From IMG/VR virus record IMGVR_UViG_3300020159_001932, positions 68,603 to 132,602 of that record: 64,000 bases of DNA; one strand, 5' to 3'. Below, piece by piece: positions 28,123-40,300 of the stretch; the stretch's first letter is position 1, and the number at the start of each line of letters is the position of its first letter. The DNA is from a virus. The notes below the pieces were generated by a model. It made no database searches. It had not been told where the DNA came from and saw only the letters and a list, made by a program, of their open reading frames with translations. Position numbers and translations under genes: made by a program.

Positions 28123-30420
28123 ATGGGAATAGAAACAAGACAACGAGGTAAGTTGCCCAGCCCTGGGCCTTTTCTTGCTGAAATTACAAATCATTTAGAT
28201 CCAACGTACATGGGATCTTTAGAAGTATCCTTAATTAAAAATTTACAAAATTCTATTGATAATCAAGAAGATACTTATATTGTAAGGTATCTAAGTCCGT
28301 TCTACGGAGTAACGTCAATTCGTTACGAAGGGAATAACAGCAGCAGTTTTAATGATGTACAAAAATCTTATGGATGGTGGGCTGTCCCTCCGGACGTCGG
28401 AACTGTTGTAATGGTAATTTTTATTGACGGAGATCCTAATCAGGGATATTGGATGGGATGTGTACAAGATCAGTTTCAAAATCACATGGTCCCAGGAATT
28501 GCCGCCAGTCAGGTAACAGCAGCAACACAAGAACAAAAATTAAGATATGGAACAACAAATCTTCCTGTAGCTGAATTTTTAAAAGGAACACAAACATTAA
28601 ACAATCCAAATGTTGATAAAATTCCTAAACCTGTACACCCGTTTGCAGATAGATTAGTTCAGCAAGGATTATTATTAGATACAGTTAGAGGAATAACCTC
28701 AAGTAGCGCAAGGAGAGAAGTACCTAGCGGTGTGTTTGGAATTAGCACACCTGGTCCCCTTGATACAAGCCCTGGCGCAAAAACAGGACAAATAGGATAT
28801 TCAACAAAGCGTACAGCACCAGTTAGCAGACTCGGCGGAAGTACGTTTGTCATGGATGATGGGGACATTAACGGACAAAATGAACTTGTTAGAATTAGAA
28901 CAAGAACAGGCCATCAGATATTATTACACAATAGTCAAGATTTGATTTATATAGCTAATAGCGCAGGTACAGCATGGGTTGAATTAACCAGTAATGGAAA
29001 AATTGATATTTTTGCACAAGATTCAATTTCGATACATTCAGAACAGGATTTTAATTTTAGAGCAGACAGAGATATTAATATTGAAGCAGGACGTAACGTT
29101 AATTTGCGTTCAGTAAAAAATATGGAAACCAACATCGGAGGATATCATTTCCTTTCAATAGATGATTACAGTAAAACTTCTGTTAGAAATGATTTTCATC
29201 TAGCAATTGGCGAAACTGCAAAAATTACATCAATAGGTGATTTTCATTTAAACGTTGGAAAAGATATTAAGGCATCTGCGGTCAGTGATGTTAACTTAAT
29301 TGGTGGAACAGGTGTTAAACTGGGCTCAGGAGGAGTCTTTAGTATAGATTCAAATGGTAATCTTATTATGGTTGGTTCAGCAATTCATATGAACGGTCCA
29401 GCAGCTCAACCGCCTGATCTTGCTGAAACCGCAGAAACACCTCCGTTACTTTCTATCTATTCTCTACCTAACAGGGATGTAAAATACGGCTGGGGTCCTG
29501 ACAAGTTCTATAACACTGGAACTATTAGAACAATCATGCAACGTGTTCCTACACACGAACCTTGGGCACAACACGAGAATATTAATCCTCCAAAATTTAC
29601 ACCTGAAGCTACAGATGTTACCTTGCAAACTTCTCCAGGGTCTGACAGGACTTCTGCAGGAATTCCTCCAAGCCCTAATGCAGGAGTTCAAGCCCCTGCT
29701 AACCAACCTGAAATTGTTCCAGGAACTTGTTCGCCAGAATATGCCACGGATATTAATGCCGCTAGAAGCCAAACAGGAATTGCAGCAATTAAAGCAGCCT
29801 GTGCTAAATTTGGATTAACAAATCCTAATGCTATTGCATCCTTGTTAGGTATTGCAGGCGGCGAAACTAGATGGCAGGTAGTTGAAGAAAACTTTAACTA
29901 CTCCGCAGCAAGATTATTAGAAGTATTTCCTGCCGTATTTAAGGGAGACCAAGAATTAGCTCAAAAATGGGCAGGCAACCCTGGCGGCCAGTTCCCTGAA
30001 TTTATATATGGTTATCAGACAGCCAAGGGCAAAGGACTAGGCAATACTCAACCAGGTGATGGTGCAAAATTTATTGGCAGAGGTTATATTCAAATAACCG
30101 GAAGAGGAAATTACCAAGTATACAAAGATCTAACAGGACATGATTTGATCAATAATCCTCAATTATTAAACGATCCGGCTATTGCCGCCGAAGTTAGTGT
30201 TAAGTACATGCTCCGTAGGTGCAAAGTTGATCCAAACGATCCTGGATACTTTGAAGCAGCAATGAGGGCAGTGGGCGCAAATAATGTGGCAAACGTAAAA
30301 GCTAGAAAGCGAGGATATTACGAATGCTTCCTGGGACAGTTAAAATCAAATGTTGTTCAAACAGGCACCGGCGGCATTCTCACCGACAGTCAAGGAAACC
30401 CGGTTAAAACAGGACAATAA
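28123..30420 (+). CDS. gp5: Baseplate central spike (gp5-like) with a C-terminal GH19 lysozyme/chitinase domain
   Basis: OB-fold PPDVGTVVMVIF.DGD...GYWMG, RTRTGHQI, beta-helix repeats, and ENFNYS...GDGAKFIGRGYIQITGRGNY. Confidence 0.88.
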   Translation: MGIETRQRGKLPSPGPFLAEITNHLDPTYMGSLEVSLIKNLQNSIDNQEDTYIVRYLSPFYGVTSIRYEGNNSSSFNDVQKSYGWWAVPPDVGTVVMVIFIDGDPNQGYWMGCVQDQFQNHMVPGIAASQVTAATQEQKLRYGTTNLPVAEFLKGTQTLNNPNVDKIPKPVHPFADRLVQQGLLLDTVRGITSSSARREVPSGVFGISTPGPLDTSPGAKTGQIGYSTKRTAPVSRLGGSTFVMDDGDINGQNELVRIRTRTGHQILLHNSQDLIYIANSAGTAWVELTSNGKIDIFAQDSISIHSEQDFNFRADRDINIEAGRNVNLRSVKNMETNIGGYHFLSIDDYSKTSVRNDFHLAIGETAKITSIGDFHLNVGKDIKASAVSDVNLIGGTGVKLGSGGVFSIDSNGNLIMVGSAIHMNGPAAQPPDLAETAETPPLLSIYSLPNRDVKYGWGPDKFYNTGTIRTIMQRVPTHEPWAQHENINPPKFTPEATDVTLQTSPGSDRTSAGIPPSPNAGVQAPANQPEIVPGTCSPEYATDINAARSQTGIAAIKAACAKFGLTNPNAIASLLGIAGGETRWQVVEENFNYSAARLLEVFPAVFKGDQELAQKWAGNPGGQFPEFIYGYQTAKGKGLGNTQPGDGAKFIGRGYIQITGRGNYQVYKDLTGHDLINNPQLLNDPAIAAEVSVKYMLRRCKVDPNDPGYFEAAMRAVGANNVANVKARKRGYYECFLGQLKSNVVQTGTGGILTDSQGNPVKTGQ

Positions 30421-30428
30421 ATAGTATT

Positions 30429-30866
30429 ATGCCTTATAAGTCTCTTGAAATTACCAACGCCAACGCAGTTGTTGAACAACCTAAAAAAGTTAGTAACTTT
30501 TACGTAGGGTTTAGTAGCTTGAATCCTGAAAACACAAGTTCTAAGTTGTATGATCTGGAATTAATTAAACAAGATATTTTAAATCAATTTAATACAAGAA
30601 AAGGCGAACGTGTAATGAATCCTTTATTTGGTAGTATTATCTGGGACCTGCTCATGGAACCGTTAACACCCGATGTCAAGGAAGCATTAAATGACGATAT
30701 CACTGCAATATGTAATAGTGACCCTCGTGTAACTCCTACAAATATTACTCTTACAGAATATCCAACAGGTTATATTGTTGAAGCAACATTGGTATTAAAC
30801 GGAACAGATCAGGTAAGCAATATGATTTTAACTTTTGATCAGAAAGCAGGATTAAATGTGCAATAA
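30429..30866 (+). CDS. gp25: Baseplate wedge subunit (gp25-like)
   Basis: TRKGERVMNPLFGSIIWDLLMEP and DPRV motifs. Confidence 0.9.
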   Translation: MPYKSLEITNANAVVEQPKKVSNFYVGFSSLNPENTSSKLYDLELIKQDILNQFNTRKGERVMNPLFGSIIWDLLMEPLTPDVKEALNDDITAICNSDPRVTPTNITLTEYPTGYIVEATLVLNGTDQVSNMILTFDQKAGLNVQ

Positions 30867-30912
30867 TATACCTGGTTTATACATCAAATAAATATTGGTA
30901 TAAAATAATATT

Positions 30913-33900
30913 ATGACTATTCCTTCAACAAACACCAAACTACTAGTTACAGAAGACTGGACAAAGATATACCAGTCTTTTCAAAATGCTGACTTTCAAA
31001 GCTACGACTTTAATACTATTCGTAGGGTATTAATTTCTTATCTTCAAGAAAATTATCCTGAAGATTTTAATGATTTTATTGATAGTAGTGAATATATTGC
31101 TCTAGTTGATCTAATAGCATTTTTAGGACAAAATCTAAGTTTTCGTATTGATCTAAATGCCCGCGAAAATTTCTTAGAAACAGCTCAGCGTCGAGATAGT
31201 ATTTTAAGATTAGCGCAGTTGATTAGTTATGTTCCTAAACGTAATGTTGCATCACAAGGATTGTTAAAAATAACTGCATTATCTACAACAGAAAGTGTTT
31301 TAGATTCTACAGGAGTTAATTTAGCAAATACTACAATTTCTTGGAATGACTCTACCAATGTAAATTGGTACGAGCAATTTACTAGTATTTTAAATGCCGC
31401 AATGCCGGGGTCTACAATTTTTGGAAAACCCAATGACCGTGCAACAATTAATGGAGTATTAACTGAACAGTACTATATCAATAGTTCAAATACAGATGTT
31501 CCTGTATATAATTTCTTAAAAAATATCAACGGTACTTCTATGTCCTTTGAGATAGTCCCTGCATCTTTCAGCGGAGAATCTTATATCTATGAAATGCCGC
31601 CAAAGCCAGCATCATCAGTGAGCCTATTATATCAAAATGATAATAAAGGTTCTAGCAGTGCAAATACAGGATTCTTTGCAATGTTCAAACAAGGAACATT
31701 AGGATTATCAAGTTTTACAATTTCAAATCCTGTTCCAAATGAAATTATTGGAATTAACATTAGCAGTATAAACAATTCTGACGTATGGTTATGGCAGCTA
31801 GATGTTAATGGAGAGTATCCAGGCAGTACTTGGACAAAAGTTCCAGCATTGGCTGGTAATAATGTTATCTATAATAGCCTTAATAAAAATTTAAGAAATA
31901 TGTATAGTGTCACTTCAAGAGACAGTGATCAAATTGATTTAAATTTTGCTGATGGTAGTTTTGGTAACTTGCCTAACGGATCATTTGTTTTATTTTATAG
32001 ACAAAGTAACGGTCTTAGGTATTCTATCAAACCTGAACAATTATCAGGTGTGGTAGTTACGATTCCTTATCTAGGAAAGAATGGACAAAATCATAGCCTA
32101 ACACTTACACTAGGTTTACAATATACAATAAGCAATAGCTCAGAATCTGAAACTAATGCAAGTATTCAGAGAAATGCGCCGCAAACTTACTATACACAAA
32201 ATCGTATGGTTACCGGAGAAGATTACAATATATCTCCTCTAACACTTACAACCAATATATTAAAAGTTAAAAGCATCAATAGAGTTAGCAGTGGAGTTAG
32301 CAAATATTTTGAACTAAGTGATGTAAGCTCAAAATACAGTTCTACAAACATCTTTGGTACAGACGGGTTGTTGTATAAACTTTCAAACGAATATAATTTT
32401 AGTTTTGCATATCAAAGTAGAAATGATATTTTTTCTGTAATTAAACAACAATTAGAGCTCATCATTGACTCAGATGAATTTGCGACTTTTTATATTGACA
32501 ACTATAGAAAACTTAGTCCCGTAGAGTTGAATCGAAATGAAGATGGTTCTTACAATACATCGGCACCGTCTTTCAGATGGAACCTAACAAATCTAGTAGC
32601 AGGTCAAGGCCGCGGATATTTTTATGCCACAGACATATTATATGATGTTGATACTCCGCAGAGTGTTGGATCGTTTACAAGTGGGATATTAAAAAACATA
32701 ACCACTGGTTCATTAATTAAGTTTGTTCCTCCGCTATCTAAAACTGGAAAACAACAATATTTTCTTACCAACGGAAAAATTGTTCCGTCAAAGACTGATA
32801 AAACAGTTGATTATGTTTGGGCAACAGTTACACAAATTATCGGCGATGGATCAAATTATGGAATAGGAAATCTCAGCGACGGTACTGGACCTGTTATTTT
32901 AGGAAATAGAATAGGCGATGGCTCAATACCTGTAGAAATTATTCCTACATTCAAAACAAATTTAGACTATACATTTGAAAATGATTTAGTCGATCTTTGT
33001 CTGTCTCAAAGAAACTTTGGTTTAAGATTTGACTCTGACTTGAGAGACTGGGTAATTGTTGAATCTACAAATATCAATTTGGTTGATCCATTTAGTTTGA
33101 CCAACGAAGGGGATGTGTCAGATAACAATCTTGATACTAGTTGGATGATTGCATTTACATGGACAGGATCGCAATATAATGTGAGATACAGAGTAAAAAA
33201 CTATATCTTCCAAAGCGAGAAACAAACTGGCTTCTTTATTGATAAAAGTGATGTAAATTTTGATTACAAAAATAACACTGTTATTAAAGATAAAATAAAT
33301 GTTCTTTCTATTAATACAAAAACAGGAACCCATGAACCTTTAGGAATTGATTATTCTTGGCAAGTAAATGGTCCTATTACAGAACTTGATGGATATGTTG
33401 ATCCTACAAGAGTAGATATTAGTTTCTATGCACACCAAGATTCTGGAACAATAGGTCAACTTATTGATCCTGATTCTTTTGAAAATATTGTAGGAGGCAC
33501 TAAAAACGGAACCTCTGATGGTGTGGTAATGTTTAAAATCACATCAGATGGAATGGGAATTACTCCTGTTGATACAGAATTATATCTTGTATTTGACACA
33601 GAAAATGCTGCCCGACAATATTTCTCTAATGTGCTAGATGTAGAATACTTATATTATTTCCTTGACTCTAATTCAGTTAAGGTTGTTGACAGTTCAAATG
33701 AATTTGTTTATCAACCAGAATATGTTGCATACTCAGGAAGAAAAGATTTAAGTTTTCATTATCTACATAACAGCGGCGAAGATAGAAGGATAGACCCGAG
33801 TAAAAGCAACATTATAGATGTTTATATGTTAACCTCGGATTATGATTCTCAATTTAGAAACTGGTTACTAACTGGAGCCGGGGATCAACCTAAAGCGCCG

Positions 33901-34368
33901 TCAAGTCAGGCGTTGGAAAGTAGTTATGATGGTATATTAGATCCAATAAAAACTATCAGTGACGAAATTGTTTACCAGCCCGTGAAGTATAAAGTACTGT
34001 TTGGACATTCTGCAGATATTAATCTTAGAGCAACTTTTAAAGCAGTAAAAAATTCATCAAGTACTGTAAGCGATAATGATATAAGATCTAGAATACTCCA
34101 GGGAATTAACGATTTCTTTGCCTTAGAAAATTGGGATTTTGGAAAAAGTTTTTATTTCAGCGAACTATCAACTTACATAATGAATTTATTGACACCAGAT
34201 ATTACTAACTTTGTTATAGTACCTACAGTCAACAACTTTGGTAGTTTATATGAAGTAGCTTGTCAAAGCAATGAAATTTTTATCAGTGGTGCTCTTGCAA
34301 CAGACATTGAGGTAATAGATTCTATTACTGCATCGAGATTGAATACTACCTTGCTTAGTGTTGGATAA
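30913..34368 (+). CDS. gp6: Baseplate wedge subunit (gp6-like)
   Basis: DF..IR..LI.YL, ENFLETAQRRDSILRLA..ISY.P, FADGSFG..P and QNRMVTGEDY motifs. Confidence 0.88.
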   Translation: MTIPSTNTKLLVTEDWTKIYQSFQNADFQSYDFNTIRRVLISYLQENYPEDFNDFIDSSEYIALVDLIAFLGQNLSFRIDLNARENFLETAQRRDSILRLAQLISYVPKRNVASQGLLKITALSTTESVLDSTGVNLANTTISWNDSTNVNWYEQFTSILNAAMPGSTIFGKPNDRATINGVLTEQYYINSSNTDVPVYNFLKNINGTSMSFEIVPASFSGESYIYEMPPKPASSVSLLYQNDNKGSSSANTGFFAMFKQGTLGLSSFTISNPVPNEIIGINISSINNSDVWLWQLDVNGEYPGSTWTKVPALAGNNVIYNSLNKNLRNMYSVTSRDSDQIDLNFADGSFGNLPNGSFVLFYRQSNGLRYSIKPEQLSGVVVTIPYLGKNGQNHSLTLTLGLQYTISNSSESETNASIQRNAPQTYYTQNRMVTGEDYNISPLTLTTNILKVKSINRVSSGVSKYFELSDVSSKYSSTNIFGTDGLLYKLSNEYNFSFAYQSRNDIFSVIKQQLELIIDSDEFATFYIDNYRKLSPVELNRNEDGSYNTSAPSFRWNLTNLVAGQGRGYFYATDILYDVDTPQSVGSFTSGILKNITTGSLIKFVPPLSKTGKQQYFLTNGKIVPSKTDKTVDYVWATVTQIIGDGSNYGIGNLSDGTGPVILGNRIGDGSIPVEIIPTFKTNLDYTFENDLVDLCLSQRNFGLRFDSDLRDWVIVESTNINLVDPFSLTNEGDVSDNNLDTSWMIAFTWTGSQYNVRYRVKNYIFQSEKQTGFFIDKSDVNFDYKNNTVIKDKINVLSINTKTGTHEPLGIDYSWQVNGPITELDGYVDPTRVDISFYAHQDSGTIGQLIDPDSFENIVGGTKNGTSDGVVMFKITSDGMGITPVDTELYLVFDTENAARQYFSNVLDVEYLYYFLDSNSVKVVDSSNEFVYQPEYVAYSGRKDLSFHYLHNSGEDRRIDPSKSNIIDVYMLTSDYDSQFRNWLLTGAGDQPKAPSSQALESSYDGILDPIKTISDEIVYQPVKYKVLFGHSADINLRATFKAVKNSSSTVSDNDIRSRILQGINDFFALENWDFGKSFYFSELSTYIMNLLTPDITNFVIVPTVNNFGSLYEVACQSNEIFISGALATDIEVIDSITASRLNTTLLSVG

Positions 34369-34373
34369 GAAAA

Positions 34374-37300
34374 ATGGCAACAAATAAAATTAATTCAGTA
34401 ACATTATTACCAGAGTTTCTACGCACAGAAAGAAATTCTAAATTCTTATCAAGTACAATTGATCAGTTAATTCAGCCGCCCCAATTAGAACGTATTAATG
34501 GTTATGTAGGGTCTACCCAGACTCCTACATATAATTCTACAGCAGATATCTATCTCTCAAATGGCACACCATATCAATTAGATCCAGCATTAATATTGAG
34601 AGACAATCTTAATAATATAACTGATACTCAAGGATATGATGATCTTATCAACGAAATTTCTGTTAAAGGTGGCTATACAAATAATTTAGATAGACTATTT
34701 AGATCCGAGGTACTATCCTATAATCCTCACATTGATTGGGATAAGCTAGTAAATTATCAGAATTATTTTTGGGTGCCTGAAGGACCTGAGTTAATTGATA
34801 TTGTTTCAGGCACATCTACAGTAATAAATCAAGTATCGGCAACAGTTGAAGTTTTAACGCCAACAGGAACAACATCTACTATTTTATCCAATGGTATGCT
34901 TGTATGTTTTAATAGTCCAAGTGACCCTGAAGAATTTTATGATAAAACATTTTATGTAGAAGGTGTAGGATCTTCAATTAAATTAGTACCTTTTAAACCT
35001 CTATTAGTATCTGAGAGCTTTTTAAACACCTACCCTGATGGGTGGGATTCTCATGAGTTTGATAATTTCCCTTTTGACAACGATAGAGAAATTCCAATAA
35101 TTCCTGAGTACGTGACTATTAATAGGGCAAGTAACGATTCAAATTCGTGGTCTAGATATAATAGATGGGTGCATAAAGATGTTATTAGACTAAGTGCCCA
35201 GATAAACGGTCGAGCGCCAACATATATTAGCAAGGCTCGAGCACAACGACCTATCGTTGAATTTGTACCTAATATTAAACTTCTTAATTTTGGATCAATT
35301 GGAATTGAGCCAGTTGATATTTTTGATAAAGAAATAGAAGATATTTCTACCATTAATAATTCTACGTCAACAATATATCTTGACGGTATTGAACTTGAAG
35401 AAGGTCATAGAATTATTTTTTCTGTTGCTGAAGATCCTGCTGTGGTAGGAAAAATCTATGAGGTAAAATTTGTCAATGTAGGATCTACAAGAAGACTAAC
35501 ATTAATTCCTTCGTATGACACCACTCCGCCAACAGATGCTACTGTTGTTGTATTGTTAGGAGTTGAAAATAACGGCACAGAGTGGTGGTATAATGGAATT
35601 GAGTGGGTGTATGGTCAGCAAAGAATTTCTATTAATCAGGCACCTTTATTTGATTTGTATGACGTTGAAGAAAATAGTTACGGCAATAAAGATTTTTATC
35701 TAAGCGATTTTGCAGGAAATAAAATTTTTAGTTATGCTATTGGCACAGGAACACCGGATCCTTATCTAGGGTTTCCAATCAAATATAAAAATTCAACGGT
35801 AATTGGCGGAATTGTTTTTGAAAATAATCTTTCAACGGATTCAATTGTATTGTCTCAACTTGGAGAGTCAACATACACTATTTTATCAAATGTAGGGTAT
35901 GTTAAAATTGGAAATGAATTCAAAAATGCGTGGGTAAATGCGGTTGAATATCCAATTCCTGTACTTAGTTCTACGGCCACTGGCTTTACAAACTACTATG
36001 AAGAACCTCTAAGTTTAACAAATAATCCATTAAATGGAGTAATATCTGAATTTACAATTAGTGAATTAACTGATCATGTTGACTCTATGGTCAAGCGTAT
36101 GCAATCAGAAATAGCATACGATCCATTGACTAATAAATTAAGAGATCAAGCAGATTATACAAAATACGGTATAAAGTTAATATCTAATATTAATCCAATC
36201 TCTTTTGCTCAAATGTTTGTTGGCAAGAAAGAACATAGCGTTGTTGATTCCATTATTAAATCTGCAAACAAGTATAATAAATTTAAATTATCATTTTTAA
36301 ATGGATTGAATTCTGTAACAGAACAATTAACCCCGGCTGCTGCTGTAGATGAAATTTTGTTAAATTTGAATAAGAGTACAACAGGACAGGCTCCTTATTA
36401 CTATTCCGATATGTTGCCATATGGGACAGCCGAGGTCAATAAAGTATGGACAGTTACCAATCCTACAAACGTATTGTTTCCTTTACTATCTGAATTTGAT
36501 TTGACTACTTTAAGTACAACATCTGTGTTGGTATACTTAAATGGCCTTCAGTTGATTCATGGTATTGATTATGTTTTTAATAAAATAGAATCTACAGTTG
36601 AGTTATTGGTAGAACTTTCTATTGATGATGTAGTACTAGTTAAAGAGTTTCAAGACACTACCGCTTGTTACGTTCCTCCTACTCCTACAAAATTAGGATT
36701 ATACCCAAAGTATATTCCTAGCATTTATTACGACGATACCTATGCATCAGGATCTGTTAAAGTTATTCAAGGGCATGATGGTAGTATAACACTTGCCTAC
36801 AATGATTATAGAGATGCTATAATTTTAGAATTAGAAAAAAGAATTTTTAATAATATAAAGTCTGAATACAGGCCTGAGTTATTAGACATCAACAGTGTAA
36901 TCCCTGGAATATTTAGAGAGACAGAATATAATATACACGAAGTTAATGGTATCTTAGAAAGCGACTTTGTAAGATGGTCTACAGAATATGTAATTGATTA
37001 TGCAGATAACCAATATTTTGATCCAGACGATTCAAGAACATGGAACTTTGCCGAAACATATAATTCCTTTCTGGATGAAAAATTATTTGGATCATGGAGA
37101 CTGATTTTTAAACAGTTCTATGATACTGATCGCCCTCATACACACCCTTGGGAAATGATAGGGTATTCAATCAAACCAGATTGGTGGGAAGGCACCTACG
37201 GTCAGGCTCCTTACACATCAAGTAATGTTGTGTGGGCAGATATGGAAATGGGTTATGATACTAACTCTGATACTATTAATGACAAATATGCACGCCCTGG

Positions 37301-40300
37301 ATTGAGCAATGTATTGCCAGTTGATAGTTTTGGAAACTTAATTGATCCTACTGTTTTAATTTCTGGAATTACAGATTCAAATAAAAGAAGACCGTGGCAA
37401 GTAGGAGATTTAGGTCCTGCAGAAACAGCTTGGAGACGTAGTAGTTATTATCCTTTTGCTGTTCAAAGGTTATTAGCACTGACAAAGCCTGCGTCGTATT
37501 CTTCATTGATGTTTGATGTTAGCCGTGTTAAGAAAAATATTTCTAATCAATGGGTCTACGGCAACGACGAAACATTTTTAAAATTTAAGAATTTATATAT
37601 CAACGGTGAAAATAATAATTTAACCAGCGGGTATAGCGTATTTGTTTCAGAGACTGGTGAGCAGAGATCTGTTGATTATTTAAAAACACTTCGACAAGAT
37701 TTATCCTATGCATCTTACAATCTATTTTTTAAGGTAGGCGGATTTATTGATAAAGATAGCATACAAGTTATCATTGATGCGTATGCTCCTTCGAGTACAA
37801 GTCCCGGGGCTATACTGCCGACCCAAAATTATCAATTGAGACTGAATTCAGGCAATCCTATAAAATCTATAGGCATTACTGGATTAATAATTCAAAAAGT
37901 TAATAACGAATATGTTATAAAAGGATATGATACTCAGCACCCGTTCTTTACATGTTTAACCCCAATAAGAAATTTAAACACTACATCGTTTACAGTTGGA
38001 GGAGAAACTGAATCTTATGTTGTATGGGAAGAAAGTGGCACACGTGGTGCAACTGGCCTATCGGCACAAGATACAATATCTGCTAGTGCTGCTCCAACAG
38101 GCAACTTCTATCAGAAAGGTCAGAATGTATTTTATGGAAATAATTTTTATAAAGTAACAGTTGCACATCGGGCAGGTAGTTCTTTTAATCCTGCGTATTT
38201 TCAACTACTTCCTAAGATTCCTACAATAGGAGGTGTTACTGTTCAAACAGCAGCATCCTTTAATAAAACTGAAACATTGATACCCTACGGTGTATCTTAT
38301 TCAAATGTACAGGATGTGTATGATCTAATTATTGGATACGGACAATGGTTAACAAAGCAAGGATTTATATTTGACGATTACAATGAAGACCTTGAATCTG
38401 TAATGGATTGGTCAATGACCGCCAAAGAATTTTTATACTGGACAACACAAAACTGGGCGTCAGGTAGTATTATTACACTTAGTCCGTTTGCCGATCGACT
38501 AGTTTATAAATCTACAGATTCTGTAGTTAACAATGTATTTGACGAGTTTTATGACTATAGTATTTTGCGGGCTGATGGAACTCCATTCCCAAAAGAAAGT
38601 TTATCAATATCTCGACTTGACGGTACTTGCTTAATTTCGACATTTCCTAATACAGACGGAATTTACAATGCTAGATTAAATCTTGTTAGAAAAGAACATG
38701 CTATAATTTTTGATAATGAAACAATCTTTGGTGACACAGTTTATAATGTTGAAACAGGCGACCGTCAACGAAGAATTAAATTAGTTGGTTTTAGAACCGC
38801 AGGGTGGAACGGCGACTATTTTAGTCCAGGATTTGTTTATGATACTGCTATTGTAAAAGAATGGGAAAGATATCAATCTTATAATGCAGGCAGCACAGTT
38901 CGATTTGGTGGCAATTATTATTCTGCATTAAAAAATGTACCAGGGTCAGATAAATTTGAATTTACAAAATGGAATTTATTAAGAAATAAACCAACATCAG
39001 GACTACTTCCAAACTTTGATTATAAAATTAAACAGTTTGAAGATTTCTATAGTACAGATTCTGACAACTTTGATGAAGCTCAACAGCAATTATCTCAGCA
39101 TCTTGTTGGATATACACCTCGCGTATATTTTAATAATGTGTTCAGTGATCCAATTGCACAATTTAAATTTTATCAAGGCTACATTAAAGACAAAGGTTCC
39201 AATTTAGCAATTTCAAAATTATCAAAAGCATCTCTAGAGACACTTAAAGGAGACATTAGTTATAATGAAGAATGGGCGTTTAGGGTTGGAAATTTTGGAT
39301 CTTTCCCTACCTACGAAGAAATAGAATTTCCATTAGTTGAAGGAACATTTAGAGAAAATCCTCAAATTATACATTTTGTAAATAGTGTTCCAAACAACTC
39401 AGAAAATACATTATTAAATTATGTTGTTCCGAGCAATCTAACAATTTCTCCTAATAACTACAATTCTGAAAATACATTTTTAACAACATCTACGGATCTA
39501 AAACTATTATTGCATTCTGGTTATGTTAGAATAGACGATGTAACAGCTACAGCATACAACGAAAATAGTTTATTAGATATTGCAAATAGTAATCAACTAA
39601 AAGATGGTAATACTATATGGTTAGGATTTAAGGAAGACGGAGGCTGGGATGTATTTAGATATACCTATGTTCCTGCGGCAATAATCGGAGTTTATGTAAG
39701 TGCCCCTGTAGAGGATATTACGTTCACTACACAATACCCTCATGGATTATCTATTGGAGAACTCATAGGTGTAAATCAGTTTAATGAACAAGTTAATGGG
39801 ATTTACAGAGTTAAGGCAATTCCTAGTGCAAAACAATTTACTGTTGCAAGTATGCTTTCTTCAATTGAAAATGCTCCGTTAGAATCTCCCGGTCAGTTAT
39901 TTGTTTTTTCTAGCGTAAGATTTTCTGATTTTGATGTACTACCAAGCGACAAGGTGATCAATAGATTACCTTACGGAACAAAATTTTGGGTTGATGCAAC
40001 CGAGGCACATGGATGGGAAGTTTATCAAAAGACTGACAACTACAATTCTACATCTTATTTTAATGCCGGCCTTCCACTTGCACCTGGTCTAGGAAAAAGT
40101 ATAAGCAAGAGAAAAGGCAGCGACATCGTTGTAGTAGGAGCTCCTAATAACTATAGGGGAACACAATACGGTGTTGTATGGGTATACGACAAAACAGAAA
40201 CAGGCGAATTAAAACCTGTTGTTAGATATCGACTTGGCGGAGAATTTAGCGATCAACTAACTGGGTTTGGTAATGTTATTGTTTATGATGATTTTACTTT

